This document shows, one piece after another, positions 28,030 through 42,197 of a DNA stretch of 64,000 nt. Within the stretch, counting starts at the first letter, position 1. Each line of letters begins with the position of its first letter. Source of the stretch: Antedon mediterranea (lineage: Eukaryota > Animalia > Echinodermata); the NCBI RefSeq assembly GCF_964355755.1, contig NC_092673.1, positions 13,054,948-13,118,947 on the forward strand, written 5' to 3'. The position numbers and the translations under genes are program-made. The notes beneath the pieces are model-generated. The model was not told the origin of the DNA and searched no databases. It worked only from the letters and a program-made list of their open reading frames with translations.

Positions 28030-30655
28030 TATTAGATTCCAAAGCAGCATCTTAATAATGAGCAGTCCTTACAATTAGGAAGACCTGAAAATAAGGAAAT
28101 CGATGAGGCTGAGACCTGTACCCTTTTTTAGGACAATGATGAAGATCTTATAACAATCAATGACTTAAAACACTAAAAATGAAAGAGTTTTGTAAAATTG
28201 TGTTTATTCCTCAAAAGACATGAAAAGAAAATTATCATCATCAATATACGGTACTAAAATTATATTTTCAGAAGTTTAAGTAATTAAGTACAAACAAACT
28301 GCTCGTTTAATCTTTTCATAGAAATCAAAATCAATAAAGGGGATATTGAAGAGCAAAAATTTGAACTAATTGAGGCAGCTGCCAAATTAATCAATAGTAT
28401 TATTATCAATTAAGTATGTCAAAAACTACAAATAATAAGGAATACCCTTTGGATGATGAGTTAACTGTTGAAAATGGTTTGGCCTACCCAGAAGTTTGAG
28501 GATTTTTTGTAAGAAATTATTTGTTGGAAAGGAGACTGAATTAAAGGTAGCATCAATTGGCCAATCAATCATCCAAGCCGCAAGGCCTAGAGCAATTTAT
28601 AGCTCCATTTCAATTGGGCTTTGCCATACAGATGCACCACCATTTCGAATAAAAATACCTAATAAATTCTTTAAATTTACTTTTAAAATAAGTTTTGAAA
28701 TTTGAAGGAAATGCTGTCATAATTAGTATGGATAGGTTGTGTGACGTAGCGCATGATAGCTCAGTTACCTTTAATACTGACAATGTAGACCACAACATTC
28801 AGATTCAGATTCAGATAGAAAGAATACATTCCATGGAATGGGTATGATAGCATGTATCAAAAATGGAAAGGTATAAATATAACATCCGTTCCCAGAAAAA
28901 TTTTCTCAAGCAGTCAGATATCAAAAGCATCTCATGTGAAAATGGTAACCTACCATGAGTCAAGGAACATACTTAATTGTATGAAGCAGACATCCATATC
29001 TGAATGTGTTATATTTCATATTAAATTTTCCTAATGCTCAGATATTGGTACCTTGTTCGTTTGACCAAAATGCTCTGGGCTGTCGGTCACTGCCATCAAA
29101 ATCACTTGCCCATATACTGCCATGCATTCTCCACTAGAGTTTGAGGTGTACCAAAAAACTAATCATTAAATACATGTAACCTAAAAGTGCATGAACTTCC
29201 CGGGGAAACAGCTGCAGATTATACCAAACACATCTCACATATTGCAAATATTGTCTGCTAAATCAAGAATGCGGATGGAGAAGAAATTCGACAGAAAATA
29301 ATCAGATATTGCGAATACTATATAAGAGTCATTGTTAATCATGCCACCACAGCCAGCCTAAATGAAGTTTGGAATATGAGTTGAACTGCCATCTACATCC
29401 TCTGGATTCTATTTCAACTTCATGTACATCTTTAAAACAATTAAAGACAAACATAATGTAACAGGTAATAAGATAATTTTTATTTTCGTATTAAACAAGG
29501 CTAATTTTAACAGATTTTTATTTGGTTAACAAATATTAAAATGTTTTTCTTATTTTAAATTACAGGTGAGCGAATTTATGGATCAGACAGTTCTGCTGGT
29601 CAGTTGTCATTAGCCTTCACAACATTTAAAGATGGTTCAGACACCTAATATACAATGGATAAAAACACTGATCCAATTCCCATACAATACAAAACAGTGA
29701 AAGCCACATAGCAAGCCAATCTTGTGGGACAATCACAGAAAAAAATCTATGACAGTAAAGCCAACAACCAGACTACAATGGACCAATAAAGGTAAGTTAT
29801 GTTAAAACAAGAATGACATTTTGTTTTCACACCTGAACATTAAAGAATACTGTACACTTCAAGAACAGAATGTATATGTCGTAATTAATGATGAAGTTCG
29901 GTAGCTGAATGAAAATTGAAATCCGAACTTCCAATCACGGGTTAAATTTCATTCTTATCAATCTACCAAAGCTGAGGATACCAAATGGATTGGGAAAATG
30001 TTACAAGGAAAGAAACATCAGATACGCCTGCAATAGTTAAGCATATGTTTAAAGTATGTATGGATGTAACAAATATCCATCGCCAGCAGGTGCCAATATA
30101 AAGTGATGATCAACCATTTGCTATTGCAAAGCAGCTTTAATGGCAACATCTCCAGCAATTTGACGAGGACAAGATATTATAAATGATGTGAGGCCTGCAT
30201 ATTGAGCTGGCAATAAATGGTTGGGATATTGCTCTAAAATAGTTGTTGGTCAGAAACAACATCAGGAAGAGCCGAATCATTAACCTTTGCTAAGCATGTT
30301 AAGCATGCTCGGTATGCACACCAGTTTACACTTGTCTCCTTAAAGTTGAGATAACGGGAATAATGAGACTGGATATGGTTGACAAACAAAAAGGGAAAAT
30401 ATCCACAATTTTTTTTTCGGAGATTGAATGAAACTACAGATGGTCTACCTTGCTTTTGTTAGATTTTTAGTTTTATGTTAAAATCATTTTAGCTGTATGC
30501 TTTATGAATATTTTCCTTGAACCAAACTCATTACTAGCGATGGCTACCCATTCATCTGAGAGATATGGTGTAAGATATGGTATAATTATATGGGCAGAAT
30601 TCATGAATGGCAGATTCCAGCAAAACAGTTCTTAAGATGGCCTTAGATCAGGTTG
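28030..30655 (+). pseudogene. Academ-like transposase remnants interrupted by other fragments
   Basis: KVASIGQSIIQAARPR..QMHHHF, DNVDHNI..FHGMGMIA, DQP.FAIAKQL.WQ, GLHIELA, RWLPIHLRDM, KMALDQ. Confidence 0.6.
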
Positions 30656-32033
30656 GAAACTATCTATTTTGTGAAAAATAAAGTTCCATCTAGGGTATGT
30701 GGTTCAGAGTTCACACGGTGTCAGATTTCACACGCCCACCTCATAAATATTCATTTTTAAACAAACCCATCAACCAATCAAAACACTTTGCTCACTGAAC
30801 TGTAAAATTACTTCTCTGCTTCGATCGTTGATCCAAGCAGTGTACAGCAAAACTTTGAATCCAAAAAACCATATTTTGCAAGTCAAGGTAGGTACAAAAC
30901 TTGAATTTTTCTTAATTACGCAATTAGCTAACGAGTATGGGCCACGTGCAAAAGCCCAAAAAATCTAAATTTAAAGAGATATACTTGTAATTTATGATTT
31001 ATATGGTCTTTAATAACTGGCCAAACAAAAATAATTTGTTTGTCTGATGCTTACGTCATCAACCGATTGTAGGGGAGGGTGAGCGAATACCAGGCCACTA
31101 AATCCCAGTTGGGTTCAAAATTCACCCGGTTGGTGGCGCTATATACTTTTTTTATAATGTACTGGTTTTGGGTGATTAGATGCTTCTTAGCCATCTTAAT
31201 TAGGCGTTTTAACCAAATATAACTCAATAAAACCGTTTTTTATTCAATAGCTATAGTCCTAAATATTTAAAAAATTAAATAAATATAAAAATTAAATATT
31301 ATTATTATTATTTTTTTTTTATTACAAATTTATATCAAGAATTAAATCAAGAACATTAAAAAATTAGTACGTGAGGTATATTTCGGAAGCACGTGCGTGT
31401 GGGCCTGCTAACTAATGTTATTTAATTGGCATACTTAATATACATTATTGTGATAAACATTATTCAAATAATCATTAAATTTTCTTTTTTTTTAAAGGTT
31501 ATCTACAGTCATCTTTAATTTCAACAGTATTTATATTTAAATATTTACTTATAACAGTATGTGTACCGTTTATTTTATACAGAGTGTAAATTATATTTTT
31601 TAATATTTAACAATAAATATATAACATTTACGAAGAAAACATTGTTTATTACTTATCATTTTTGTTTGTTGTTATTAACAATACTGCATATCATTTGTAT
31701 TGGAATCCTTCGAACGAGTGTAGCATCAGATATTTTCCCGTGTTAGGATTGGATCGTATAAAATCAAAGATCCATTCGGACATCAGAGAAACAACATCAA
31801 TGAACATACTGATGCTGAAACATCTAAATCACTCATGTATACAATACAGATAAGTTGCTTCTTTAACCCTAAGTGTTAATTGTTTAATGCTGTTGTTTGG
31901 CATATTTATTTTTAACTGTTTTTATGTTGCGTTTTATTGTTCGATGTCATCAAGTTTATTTGTGTTTAGTACTGTATTGTGAAAAAAAAAGAGTTTAAAA
32001 AAATAAACCGTTCATCGTTATTAAACTTTAGAT

Positions 32034-33700
32034 ATGCCTGGACTACAAGACGGTAAATACAGAAAGTACAGCCAGGAGGTTGTCCGTATTGCCTGTGGGC
32101 GGGTAAGAAAGGGGGAGCTGTCATATGGGGCAGCTGCTCGAATGTATGGCATCCCTAAATCAACAATTAGGGATAAGGTCAGCGGCAGAACCCCCATCGA
32201 ATCGACTCCAGGACCAGATCCGATTTTATCGAAGAAGGAAGAAGAACAGCTAGTGGGATGGGCGATAGGGATGGCGAAGATTGGATATGGAAGGACGATG
32301 ATGGAAATGAAAAGAGTTGTAAAGAAGTTTCTGGATGCCAATGGCAGACCAAACCCTTTCGTCGATAATTTGCCTGGCCGTCGATGGATGCGTAACTTTT
32401 TACGTCGTCATCCAGAGCTATCGATGCGCCTACCTGAGACACTAGGAAGGGAACGTGCTGATGTGACGGTCAATAAGATCCAGAGGTGGTTCAGGGAGTG
32501 TTCCGACTACATGGTTGAGAGCAAGAACGAGGAGGTCTTCGCTGACCCGCGTCGTCTGTTTAAATTTTTAATGCAGACGAAATCGGCTTCCCTCTCCAAG
32601 GGAAGACCGAGAGGGTCATTGCACCCAAGGGGGAAAAGAATGTCTACCAACAAACGGCATCCACCCGGCAACAGATCACGGTCGTGGGTGCATGTAATGC
32701 AACAGGGCAATACATTCCGCCGCTGATCATATTTCCGGGTGTTCGGTTTGCCTATGACCCCCTTGATGGTGCACCAGCCGATTCGTCTTTCGCAAAATCT
32801 AAGACCGGCTGGATGAATTCAGAAATCTTTTACGAATACATAACAAATCATTTTCATCCTTTTGTTCGATCACTTAACATTCCATTTCCTATTATTTTAT
32901 TTGTGGATGGGCACGTATCGCACATCAACTTAGAGACGGCCGACTTTTTTTAAAAGAAAATGACATCATTCTTTACTGCTTACCGTCACATGCCAGTCAC
33001 ATTATCCAACCTCTTGATGTGGCTGTGTACAAGTCGGTCAAGGCGTCTTGGTACAACTGTGTACGCGAGTACACCATACAACATCCTGGTCAAGTTGTCA
33101 CCAAGCAAGCCTTCTCTTCGGTGTTTGCGGAGGCATGGAAAGAGGGCGCAAAATCAAAAAATGCCATTTCTGGATTTCGAAAATGTGGTTTATATCCATT
33201 TAATCCTGCCGCCGTTGACACCGACAAGTTACTGCCCTCCACCATTTACCACGACCACACGTCATTAACACCAGCATCTACTTCAACCACCCCCCCCCCC
33301 CCCCCCCAATACGACAACCACCAACAACAACAACAACAACATCATCACCTACAAAGACCGCCCTTCTTGCTCTGGAATCCTCCATCGGTCCTGACTTCAT
33401 TGCCACATACCATCGTCGGCTTCGAGAAGGATACGATGTGCCGGATCCCATGTACGAAACATGGAAAAAACTGAAGACCATTGACCCACCACCTCACGAC
33501 ATCCCAACAACATCAGGGACGTCACACACCGTTCCCCTTCCTTGACGACCATCAGCCTCGGTAGGAAGGCATCCGGAAACTTCATATACCATCCCTAGAG
33601 CAGCACTTGGTATACCCAAGAAGGGAATACCAACAAAAAGCGAACGCAAATAAGAAGCTGTGAAGCTCGAAACGATGACTAGGCACATGATGTCAAAGGA
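32034..33700 (+). pseudogene. pogo/Tigger-family (Tc1/mariner) transposase: HTH-psq, CENP-B HTH and DDE_1, frameshifted
   Basis: AARMYGIPKSTIRDKV, LSKKEEEQLVGW, PGRRWMRNFLRRHPELSMR, FNADEIGF, GWMNSEIF, LFVDGHVSH, HIIQPLDVAVY, SGFRKCGLYPFN; at least two frameshifts. Confidence 0.9.
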
Positions 33701-33719
33701 AGAATTGAGTTTTTTTCAA

Positions 33720-34428
33720 ATGAACTTTATGGTGCAGGCTGTTTATACCACAAAGTGTGCAGTATCAACTTCCGTACAAATAAACAGGTAAATGTTTCTA
33801 TGTTTAATTATCTTCCTGTGGTTAAAATAGTAAACAAATTCAAAACCTAACTTTTTATAAATACTATTAGATTCCAAAGCAGTATCCTAATAATGGGCAG
33901 TGCTTACAATTAGGAAGACCTGGTAGTAAGGAAAGTGAAGAGGCTTTTTGTAACCATCAATGATTTAGTTATTAAAATGAAAGAGTTTTGTAAAGGTAAT
34001 TGTGCTTATTCTGGAAAACACATAAAAAGAAAATTAATCGATCATTATGGTAATAATATTATAATTTCAGAAGGTAATGGGAAAGCTGTAATTACGTACA
34101 AACAAACTGCTCGTTTAATTATCAAATCATTTCATAGAAATAGAAGAGCAAAAATTAGAACTAATTGAGGCAGCTGCCAAATTAATCAAATGTGATATAA
34201 ATATGTCGAAAATAACAAATAATAAGGAATACCCATTAGATTATGTGGAAAACGGTTTGGCCTACTTACCCAGTAGATTTTTTTTTCTAAATTATTTGTT
34301 GGAAAGGATAGTGATTTGAAGGTAGCTTCAATTGGCCAATCGATCATCCAAGCCGCAAGGCCTAGAGCAATTATAGCTCCATTTTAATTGGGCCTTGCAG
34401 TACAGATGCACCACCATTTTAGATCAAG
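33720..34428 (+). pseudogene. Second, diverged Academ-like transposase fragment (paralogous to 28030-28650)
   Basis: Shares aaggtagc.tcaattggccaatc.atcatccaagccgcaaggcctagagc with 28544-28593. Confidence 0.6.
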
Positions 34429-35090
34429 CAAGCAACTCTTTCCATCCTTAAACGTGTTAAACCTTTTATTAATCAGTCTACTTTAAATCAACTTTATCTT
34501 TCTCTTGTTCAACTGCATTTTGAATACTGCAGTATTGTATGGTCTAAACTTTTTGACAATGATCTTGACAAACTTACTAAACTTCAAAAACGTGGAGCAA
34601 GATTAATATTAAATGCACATTTCCTCACACCTTCTAAAGATATATCCACATCACTTGGTTGGTTAAACCTTTGTGATGTATTTGATCTCAAACGATCGTC
34701 TTTAGTGTTTAAATGAAGATGTACCCGAATACCTTAATTTAAATCATATTTTAAATTTTCTAATGAAAATCATGATCATTTTACAAGTAATAGTTGCAAA
34801 TCACTTTCCCTGGAAAAATGTAGAACAGAGTACTATACGCATTCATTTCAATGGAAAGGTGCTGATCTTTTTAACACATTAAGTGAAGAAACTAAATTGT
34901 CAAGTAATTTAAATGTTTTCAAAAGTAACTTTAAGGCATTACTGTAGTTTAAGTTTTATTGTGTTACTGTTATTTTTATATTTTAGTTAAAAATGTACTA
35001 TTGTACCCAGGGCCCCAAGGGAGACCAGTCTTTTTGACTGATTGGGCCACCCTGGTTAAATATTGTTATTAAATAAATAAAAATAAATAA
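34429..35090 (+). mobile_element. 3' end of an L2/CR1-like LINE inserted in the Academ fragment
   Basis: LKRVKPFI..LYLSLVQLHFEYCSIVWS..KLQKRGARLIL; 3' UTR ends in (aaat)n; Academ sequence resumes with aattctttaaatt. Confidence 0.7.
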
Positions 35091-35669
35091 ATTCTTTAAA
35101 TTAACTTGGATTCTGCTCATCATATTCAGAAGCAGCCGCGTAACAAGGGGTTTTGTCAGGGGGGGGGGGGGCAAACAGGGGCTGATCTTTCCAGAGAGAC
35201 ACCAAGTACTTGAGCCTGTGGGGAAGCGAATTTTGGTAAATGACACCCCTAGATCGTCGGAAATGGTACTCTCATACATAAAATTCATGATAAATGGCGC
35301 CTCCAACTAGTAGTAGTAGTAGTTGGCCTGGAAAACACTCCCATTTATTGCACAGCAATCAGCAAAATGATCGTACATTTTCCACCGTTAAAAACACAGG
35401 TGACATAACATTTGAAAACCCAATCTAACATTGGATCCGCGCCTGGCAAAGGTAGTAATTTTTCCGGTTAGAAGCCATACATACTCGGTAATAATTAAAA
35501 CTGTATTTTAGGCTTATCATTGCTTTAGAAAGTGATGATAAGCCAACCTCTGTTAAACTGTTAGGCATTTTTATTTTATAGATAAAAGGCAAATTAAATT
35601 GAACACCACCATACTGCTTTGAATTGCCAATAATGTAAAACATTTTTTTTACCTCACACAAAGAAATAT

Positions 35670-35800
35670 TAATGTCTTTATGACACTCTATAGAAAAACG
35701 AAACAATCAGTCTCTCCAAAGTTACACATGTTGGAAGAACATGTAGTGCCACAACTAAGGATGTGGGGTTTCGGATTGGGGTTACTAGGCGAGCAAGGGG
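35670..35800 (+). pseudogene. RAG1/Transib-like transposase C-terminal fragment
   Basis: Translates SPKLHMLEEHVVPQLRMWGFGLGLLGEQG, matching the H-x4-H...G-x-x-x-E-x-G pattern near the RAG1 catalytic Glu. Confidence 0.5.
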
Positions 35801-38005
35801 GTGGGGGGAGGGGGATATATCCATTTGGTAACAAAACTTGATTGGTCAAGATATATTAAAGGTGGAATTCCATTTGAACAAAAAATGCTTCTGTGTTTAT
35901 CAGTATAGTACCCTCAATTCATGTATTTTTTTGTTTCACCGATAGATGACTCGTGACTTTTTGTCGCTAAGAAACTGCTGTGCACTCGGTCCGGGATGCT
36001 GGTGCGTAGATGTCCTGTCCATACCTTGGAACAGTCTATGGGCCCAGCCAATCTCACTACTACCAACTGTTCTGATGCACAATCTGCGCATTCGGTGCCG
36101 GTGTCCTTCTGATTACTCCAGGTTGGCCTTGAATAATTACAATTTCAAATAAACAAATACTGAAATATTAATCATACTATTATTAGTTGTTATGTAATGT
36201 TAATTTAATTTCTTTTAACCAGCTACTAAAAGTTATTGTCATTCCAAATGCAACAAAATCAAGTAATGATGTCAGTCAACGAACCATAAAAAGAAGAACA
36301 TCAGAGGTTCAGTGACTGAGAAAAACAGTATTTGTAGGTGGAGAATCAAGATAATTATCTGAAAAAGTGCATCACCTTCCTTGAAAGTTGACTGTGGTCC
36401 TGGTTGGCAACAAATGAGAAAGCTAATAAGGTAAATAAAACAACTTTGATTGAATAATATGGTAATACAGTATAAGCACCACCAACATGTTTATTTAAAT
36501 TTGCAAGTCTCTCCGATATTTAATATGTACTCTTTTTACCAATTCTATATCATCAGAACGAGAAATGATTTCATCAATTATTTGCTTTTTCAATAGGTAT
36601 CAATCCCATGCCTTCACATTTCCCTCAGAGTTTTCAAAAAATGATATGATCTGCTAGAATGTGAAGCTCATGAGATGGACAATCAACTCTAAAGTTCAAG
36701 TATGGAAGTAGAGTACATTAAAAAAAAAACAGTGTACTCAATAGTGAAATCAAAAATAGTGAATAATTTATGCATTTCAATAATGAAATAGTAACTACTA
36801 ATTGTTTTTTAGGCAACGTAATCCATCAGCAGACAGCAGAAATAACTTTGAATTCTGCATTGCCCAAAATGCTTTGAAAATTGAAGGAAGCAAAAAACAA
36901 ATTGTGGTTCTACAGGATGAAACAGCTATTGAAGACAACATGACTATGCCCAGCTGGGACAGTCTGCTAAAGCCATTTTAACAAAGTTAAAAAACTTGTA
37001 AGTAACAAATAATGGGCTTCGAGTGGCTAATGAAATTTACAAGATTATTATTATTAAACACAATAATTAAAAATATTGTATGTACTTTTAGAAAGAAACA
37101 ATAACTAAACTAAACAACTAAAACATGGTATGGGCCCATTGCATGTGCAATGGATTTAGTGTTTAAAAAAATCAGGTAAACCAAAGAGCATACCCAGCCA
37201 GTTACCATCAATGAAATAAATGAAATTGGTAAGTCGAATAATAGACATTTTATTTACATATTTTATTAAATTATGTAAATTATAAAAAACACAATATACA
37301 GTATCTTTTTTGACAACGACATCAAGGATTTTTTCAAAGAATATAGGCAATATGGATATAACATTAACATATCACATGTTGAAGGTGCATGTTGTACTGG
37401 GCTTACTCAGTGGACTAGGCCAATACCAGTTTACTATCAAAACTGCCGAAATGTGAAATTAATAAAATGATTGAGTAACGTTCCAATTTTTCTGGACTGG
37501 AATACTCAATTCCATAAAGACGATTTTAGGAGTGCTCGAAGGAATTTTAAAATTCTTGTCTTCTATATCTATGAAACTTAATGAAAATCCAAAAAGTTTC
37601 TGGTCCTGGATGAAGGAGTTGCAAGGAAGCTCCAGCTCCATCCAAGTTATCGCATGGTGCGTGTCATACTTAAACTGATAATGCTAAAGCTAATTTATTT
37701 AATTAGTCTAGTGCACTACAGTAGTTGGCCAACAAGTTTGATGAGTGGAGAAATATATCGGATGTCATTAGTTTGAAAGATACTTTGTGGCACAAAATTA
37801 AACCAAAGTCGATCAGAGTTTGAGATCCAAAAATACCAATCACCATTCCGGTACAGAAAGAAACCTATATATTGGTACTTAAAGATAGTGTATAGATATA
37901 AATTATCTTATGTTTGGGTGTCAAGGAGATTAGTTAGTTATGGAATGATTTCCCAAAAATGATTTACTTGATAAAAAATTCTACAGATTCTTGTCTCGTC
38001 GATGA

Positions 38006-38036
<31 letters not shown>

Positions 38037-41000
38037 CATGTAAGTGAATCAATTTCAATTAAAAGCTACTTTGAAACAAATTCTCGCAGCAAAAGTTTGA
38101 ACAAGTGAATGATAGATTTACAAATTGGTATTTCAGAGCATCAGACCACAGAAAATGGAATGCATTGAAACAAATAATGGAAAAAACAAACCGAGTAGAG
38201 TTTTTAATGAGCAAGTGTAATAGGTTTAAACCCCAGTAAACATGTAGCAGTTGTGGTGAAAAGTGTCATAATAGCAGAAGTTGTATTAATTTTAATAATG
38301 AATAAGGCGTTTTTTCAGAGAGTATTTTGATATATTATGTTTATTGTTACTCCTATTTTTTTTGCTGAAAACAAATGTTAGTGGGAAGGGAAAGTCGACC
38401 ACAATGTTTCCAGCAACTAGGCATTTCACTTAGGCAAGTATAGTGATGAAAGACAGCAGCAATCTGGATATTAAACTAAAAGATGAGGTGAAAACTCCAC
38501 ATGAAATCACACTACTGCATACCACAGAATGTCAGTTTTTTTCATTCCTCAAACCTAAAATTCAACCATCCTAATGAAGATAAATATGTACTAGCAGGGA
38601 TCAGAAAACAAATAAAAAACAATCATAAAGCTAAGAAAACCACAGAAAAGTAAATAAATCCAACCTTAACCTTCAAAAGATTTACTTGCAGTTTTTTTTT
38701 GGCTTTAAAGTTATCAACTGGGTTAATCTTGTTTTAAAAGAAATTTTCCAAGACATTACATAGGTATTCTTTCTAACCTTGCATTTTGTAATTTTATTTC
38801 ATGGCACCCGAGATGGAATAGGAGAGTATGTGATGAGACTTGAATAGTATGAAGAAATCAGTGGCAATATTAATATGGATTTTGTCTTTTATAAAGATTT
38901 TCATCCAAATTATAGTAATCGATCTATTGAATATACAGAAAAACAAATATGCACAAAATGTGAATTTATTTAAAATGCATCCATTGGAGCAATGACTACA
39001 AATCAAACTTCATGCGTAACTACATTTCATAACTGCCCACTCTCTGTTTGCATTAAGGTCTCCGGTTAACATCATTTTATTGTCTGCTTCCATCTTTCTT
39101 CTAGCAGCTTTATCATCACTCCAGGCAAATGGTGTATTTAAATGTTTCCATACCAAATTAAAAAAATATCAGGAGTGTTTTGTTACATCTTCCATTAGTG
39201 GTAGACTGTTTACATTTTGCGAATCTTGTTGAGTCTTTTTATAAAATTGTACATGTGATAATCCGGCTGTTTGCATTTTGTTGATTGCACATATGGTATA
39301 TCCTAAAACAGTGTCATTTCATGACAATCCATACATAATACACACTCTTCATGACTTTTGTCAGGCTAACATCATCTGCTTGTAAGAGTAGATAACAGCA
39401 TCAGTGTTATCAAATCTTTGCAGTATTAACAGAAATTTCGTCCCCATCATCCTCAGTTTCATAGTGTTATGTGCAAGTTCAGTTTCCTTGATTAGATTAG
39501 AAAAACATGGTCTCTCATTTGCAAAAATATTCTACTGTCACATAAAATGGTTAATTCGTATTAGTGCAAGAGAAATCTCCATTCAGGTATATTCTCTATT
39601 CCTGGTGTAGTCATCTAGACATTTTTATAATTCATATGCCAATAAATTGTTGCGGATACATTCATGTTTAAGCTGATCCAACAAACTTGAGTTAAACAGT
39701 CAACTATCCATTTCTGAAGTCAGATAGAAGCATAATGACTATTACAGTATATCTGTGCTATTCCAGAGACCTTCTTGGAAAGGAACTGCAAGGACGGACA
39801 GAAAGTTGCGGTATGTAATGTAGCTGCATGAAGAAAGACGCATCATGAAGTGTGCTGTTGGCACTAAAATTGATTATGTGAAGATAACTATATATTATAG
39901 TTAGATCTACAAATCCACAATATTCACATTTTGTGCCTATATATTTATGTATATTCAGGAAGAAAAAGGAAACATTTCTTTATTTTCGAACTTTGTAATC
40001 CGCCAAAGAGATATTATACTTGATACAGTCAACTTTCCCAATATCGGTCGCCCTCCAGACCGGTTTTCTGGACGGTACGGTTTATAGAGAGTGTTTGGTT
40101 ACACCTTTTTTACACCTCATATTGGGTTGAGAATTAGGTTAGGCCCCCCCCCCCCCCCCCTCTAACTAGGCCTAGCTAAAAAGCTTTTGGTGCTTTCAGC
40201 GTGTTGCACACGATCTAGGGTGGAAGGTCAGATCCGACTAAGACAAAACTGACTGAATGTCTTTGTTTTCTGATTGATAGGTGTTTAATTAAGGCATCAA
40301 TGTTGTTATTTTCGATAAACTTAAGTTCAATACATCGTTTATTTTAACTGGGCGTTCAGTTTAGAAGGTACAGTATTTGTATTGTTTTTGACTGAATAAT
40401 TTGGTCGATATTTGGAATTGGGGAAGTCGGTTTTCGGAATGGATTTTTGTACAGTAAAAATAGGCAATTTTAGTATAAAAACCGGTTTTCTGTGTGTATA
40501 TATAAATATTGAGGTCTGTTAGTATTTGCAAGAATGCAAAAAATACTGGGTCTTCTATACTTACCCCTAGGCATAGTCATTTCATTTTTTAACAATAATC
40601 AGCAGGCTGCTCAACTGCCCATTAAACTAGCTCCAGTCAAACTGGGCCTTGCTGACTCTGGCTCTCAAATCATTGAGATATGGCATAAACTTTTGAACAC
40701 TGTAAATCATTAAACATGGAATTACATCACCTTCATTCCATCCATTAAGGGATTACTTGTAAGGCCTATTATGGGCAACAGAATCAGGAAAAGAGGATAC
40801 ACTTATTGTGAGTGAGATGGAAGTGAGTGACAGGAGTGGCATGGTTTGTTTAGTGACTTTATGGCAGGACAATGCTACGAAGTTGATGAGTATTAGATAT
40901 CACATACGGACGTATCAAGTTATATGGGGGGCGAGGTAAAAATAACCACTACACTAGGTGACGTTTAATCCTAAAGGGTCTACTTCTAGAAAGTTGCTAC

Positions 41001-42197
41001 ATTTTCAGACAAGCCTCCATTAAACCATGTAAAAATGTGTAAGCAGGTGAACTATGGAACCGATATAGCAACCATGACCATACACTTTTACTGAGGTCAG
41101 AGGATATACAATAAAAGGTCCAGTTAGAAATTCATGTAGTGTTTGTGAGAAAGCTGTGGCAAAAAATGCCTGCCACATTTAATGTTTTATAAGAAAATGT
41201 AGAAGCTGTATTGATGCAAGAGAAAGCATTATTTTGTTAATAATGCTTATAGAAATTAGTTGTGTATGTTTCTGGAGATTAAAAGGATAGCTTAGAGTAT
41301 TTAGTCGAATCTTCTGCACACGGAGTCTCTGAAGTAAAGATAACTGCCTGAGAACGTATTAAAGACCTTCGTCTAACGATATATGAAACGATGTTGCAAG
41401 AATCAAGCCAGTACAGACATAGTTCTCGTTGTTCAGACAAGAAGCAATATGTCTTTGAGACAATGGAAGTTAAATTATTAGATGATGAAGTTGCTTTAAA
41501 GAGAGCATCTACTTCTTGAACCTGTCAAAAGAGGGTGAACACTAGATGGAAACAGACAATAACAGACAATAACAAAGAAGTTCAACTGTTGGCATTGTAA
41601 TTGGAGAGGAGAAGGAGATAGAGAGTGTGCCAAAGTAAGAAAACAGCTGTGGTATATGCTCTGTACGAGAGATTGCGTGATCCAAATTTGTTAATATATT
41701 ATCTTGATTGAGTGAATAAATGTAATTAAATATGTGTGCATTGGGCAAAGCTCTATCAAGTGTAGGTGAACTATTGATGACAAAGTTCAAAATATTGAGC
41801 TCATATATTTCACTTTAAATGCAAATATGTAGAACATTCTGGGTTGTAGGGTAGCTATAGGTAGTAAGTGAAATGTCAAGTGATGTTTATTCGTAATTCT
41901 GGAAGGAATTTTGCTTAACCAAACCATAAAAAGGTAAGAATGGTTGTGAGTTGCCTGGCCCTACATGACAGGAGAAGAAATTGGATAGATTCTACTAAAA
42001 ACAAACAAAATTACCACTAGTATATCACTTTATTTTAGGGGAAGAGTTGATCATCAAAGTTATTTTTAATTAGCATAAGTAGACCTGACCCGGGTGGTAA
42101 ATACTTCTTTACCAAAACTAAAACATTTTTCATTTTAAATAAAATTAAAAATTACGTATTCCAAATATTTCAAATTGAGATACTTAGATTTAACTAA

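Larger units (their letters stand above)
15668..31752 (+). repeat. Segmental duplication copy 1 (at least 16 kb)
   Basis: Near-identical to 35931-64000 once two insertions are removed; matching ORF pairs such as 17209/37459, 18565/38794, 28496/60744 and 31561/63809. Confidence 0.97.

Noticed and set aside
35132-35445. hAT-type MITE (cagccgcgta...ggatccgcgcctg)
   Set aside because: Terminal match is poor and no TSD is visible
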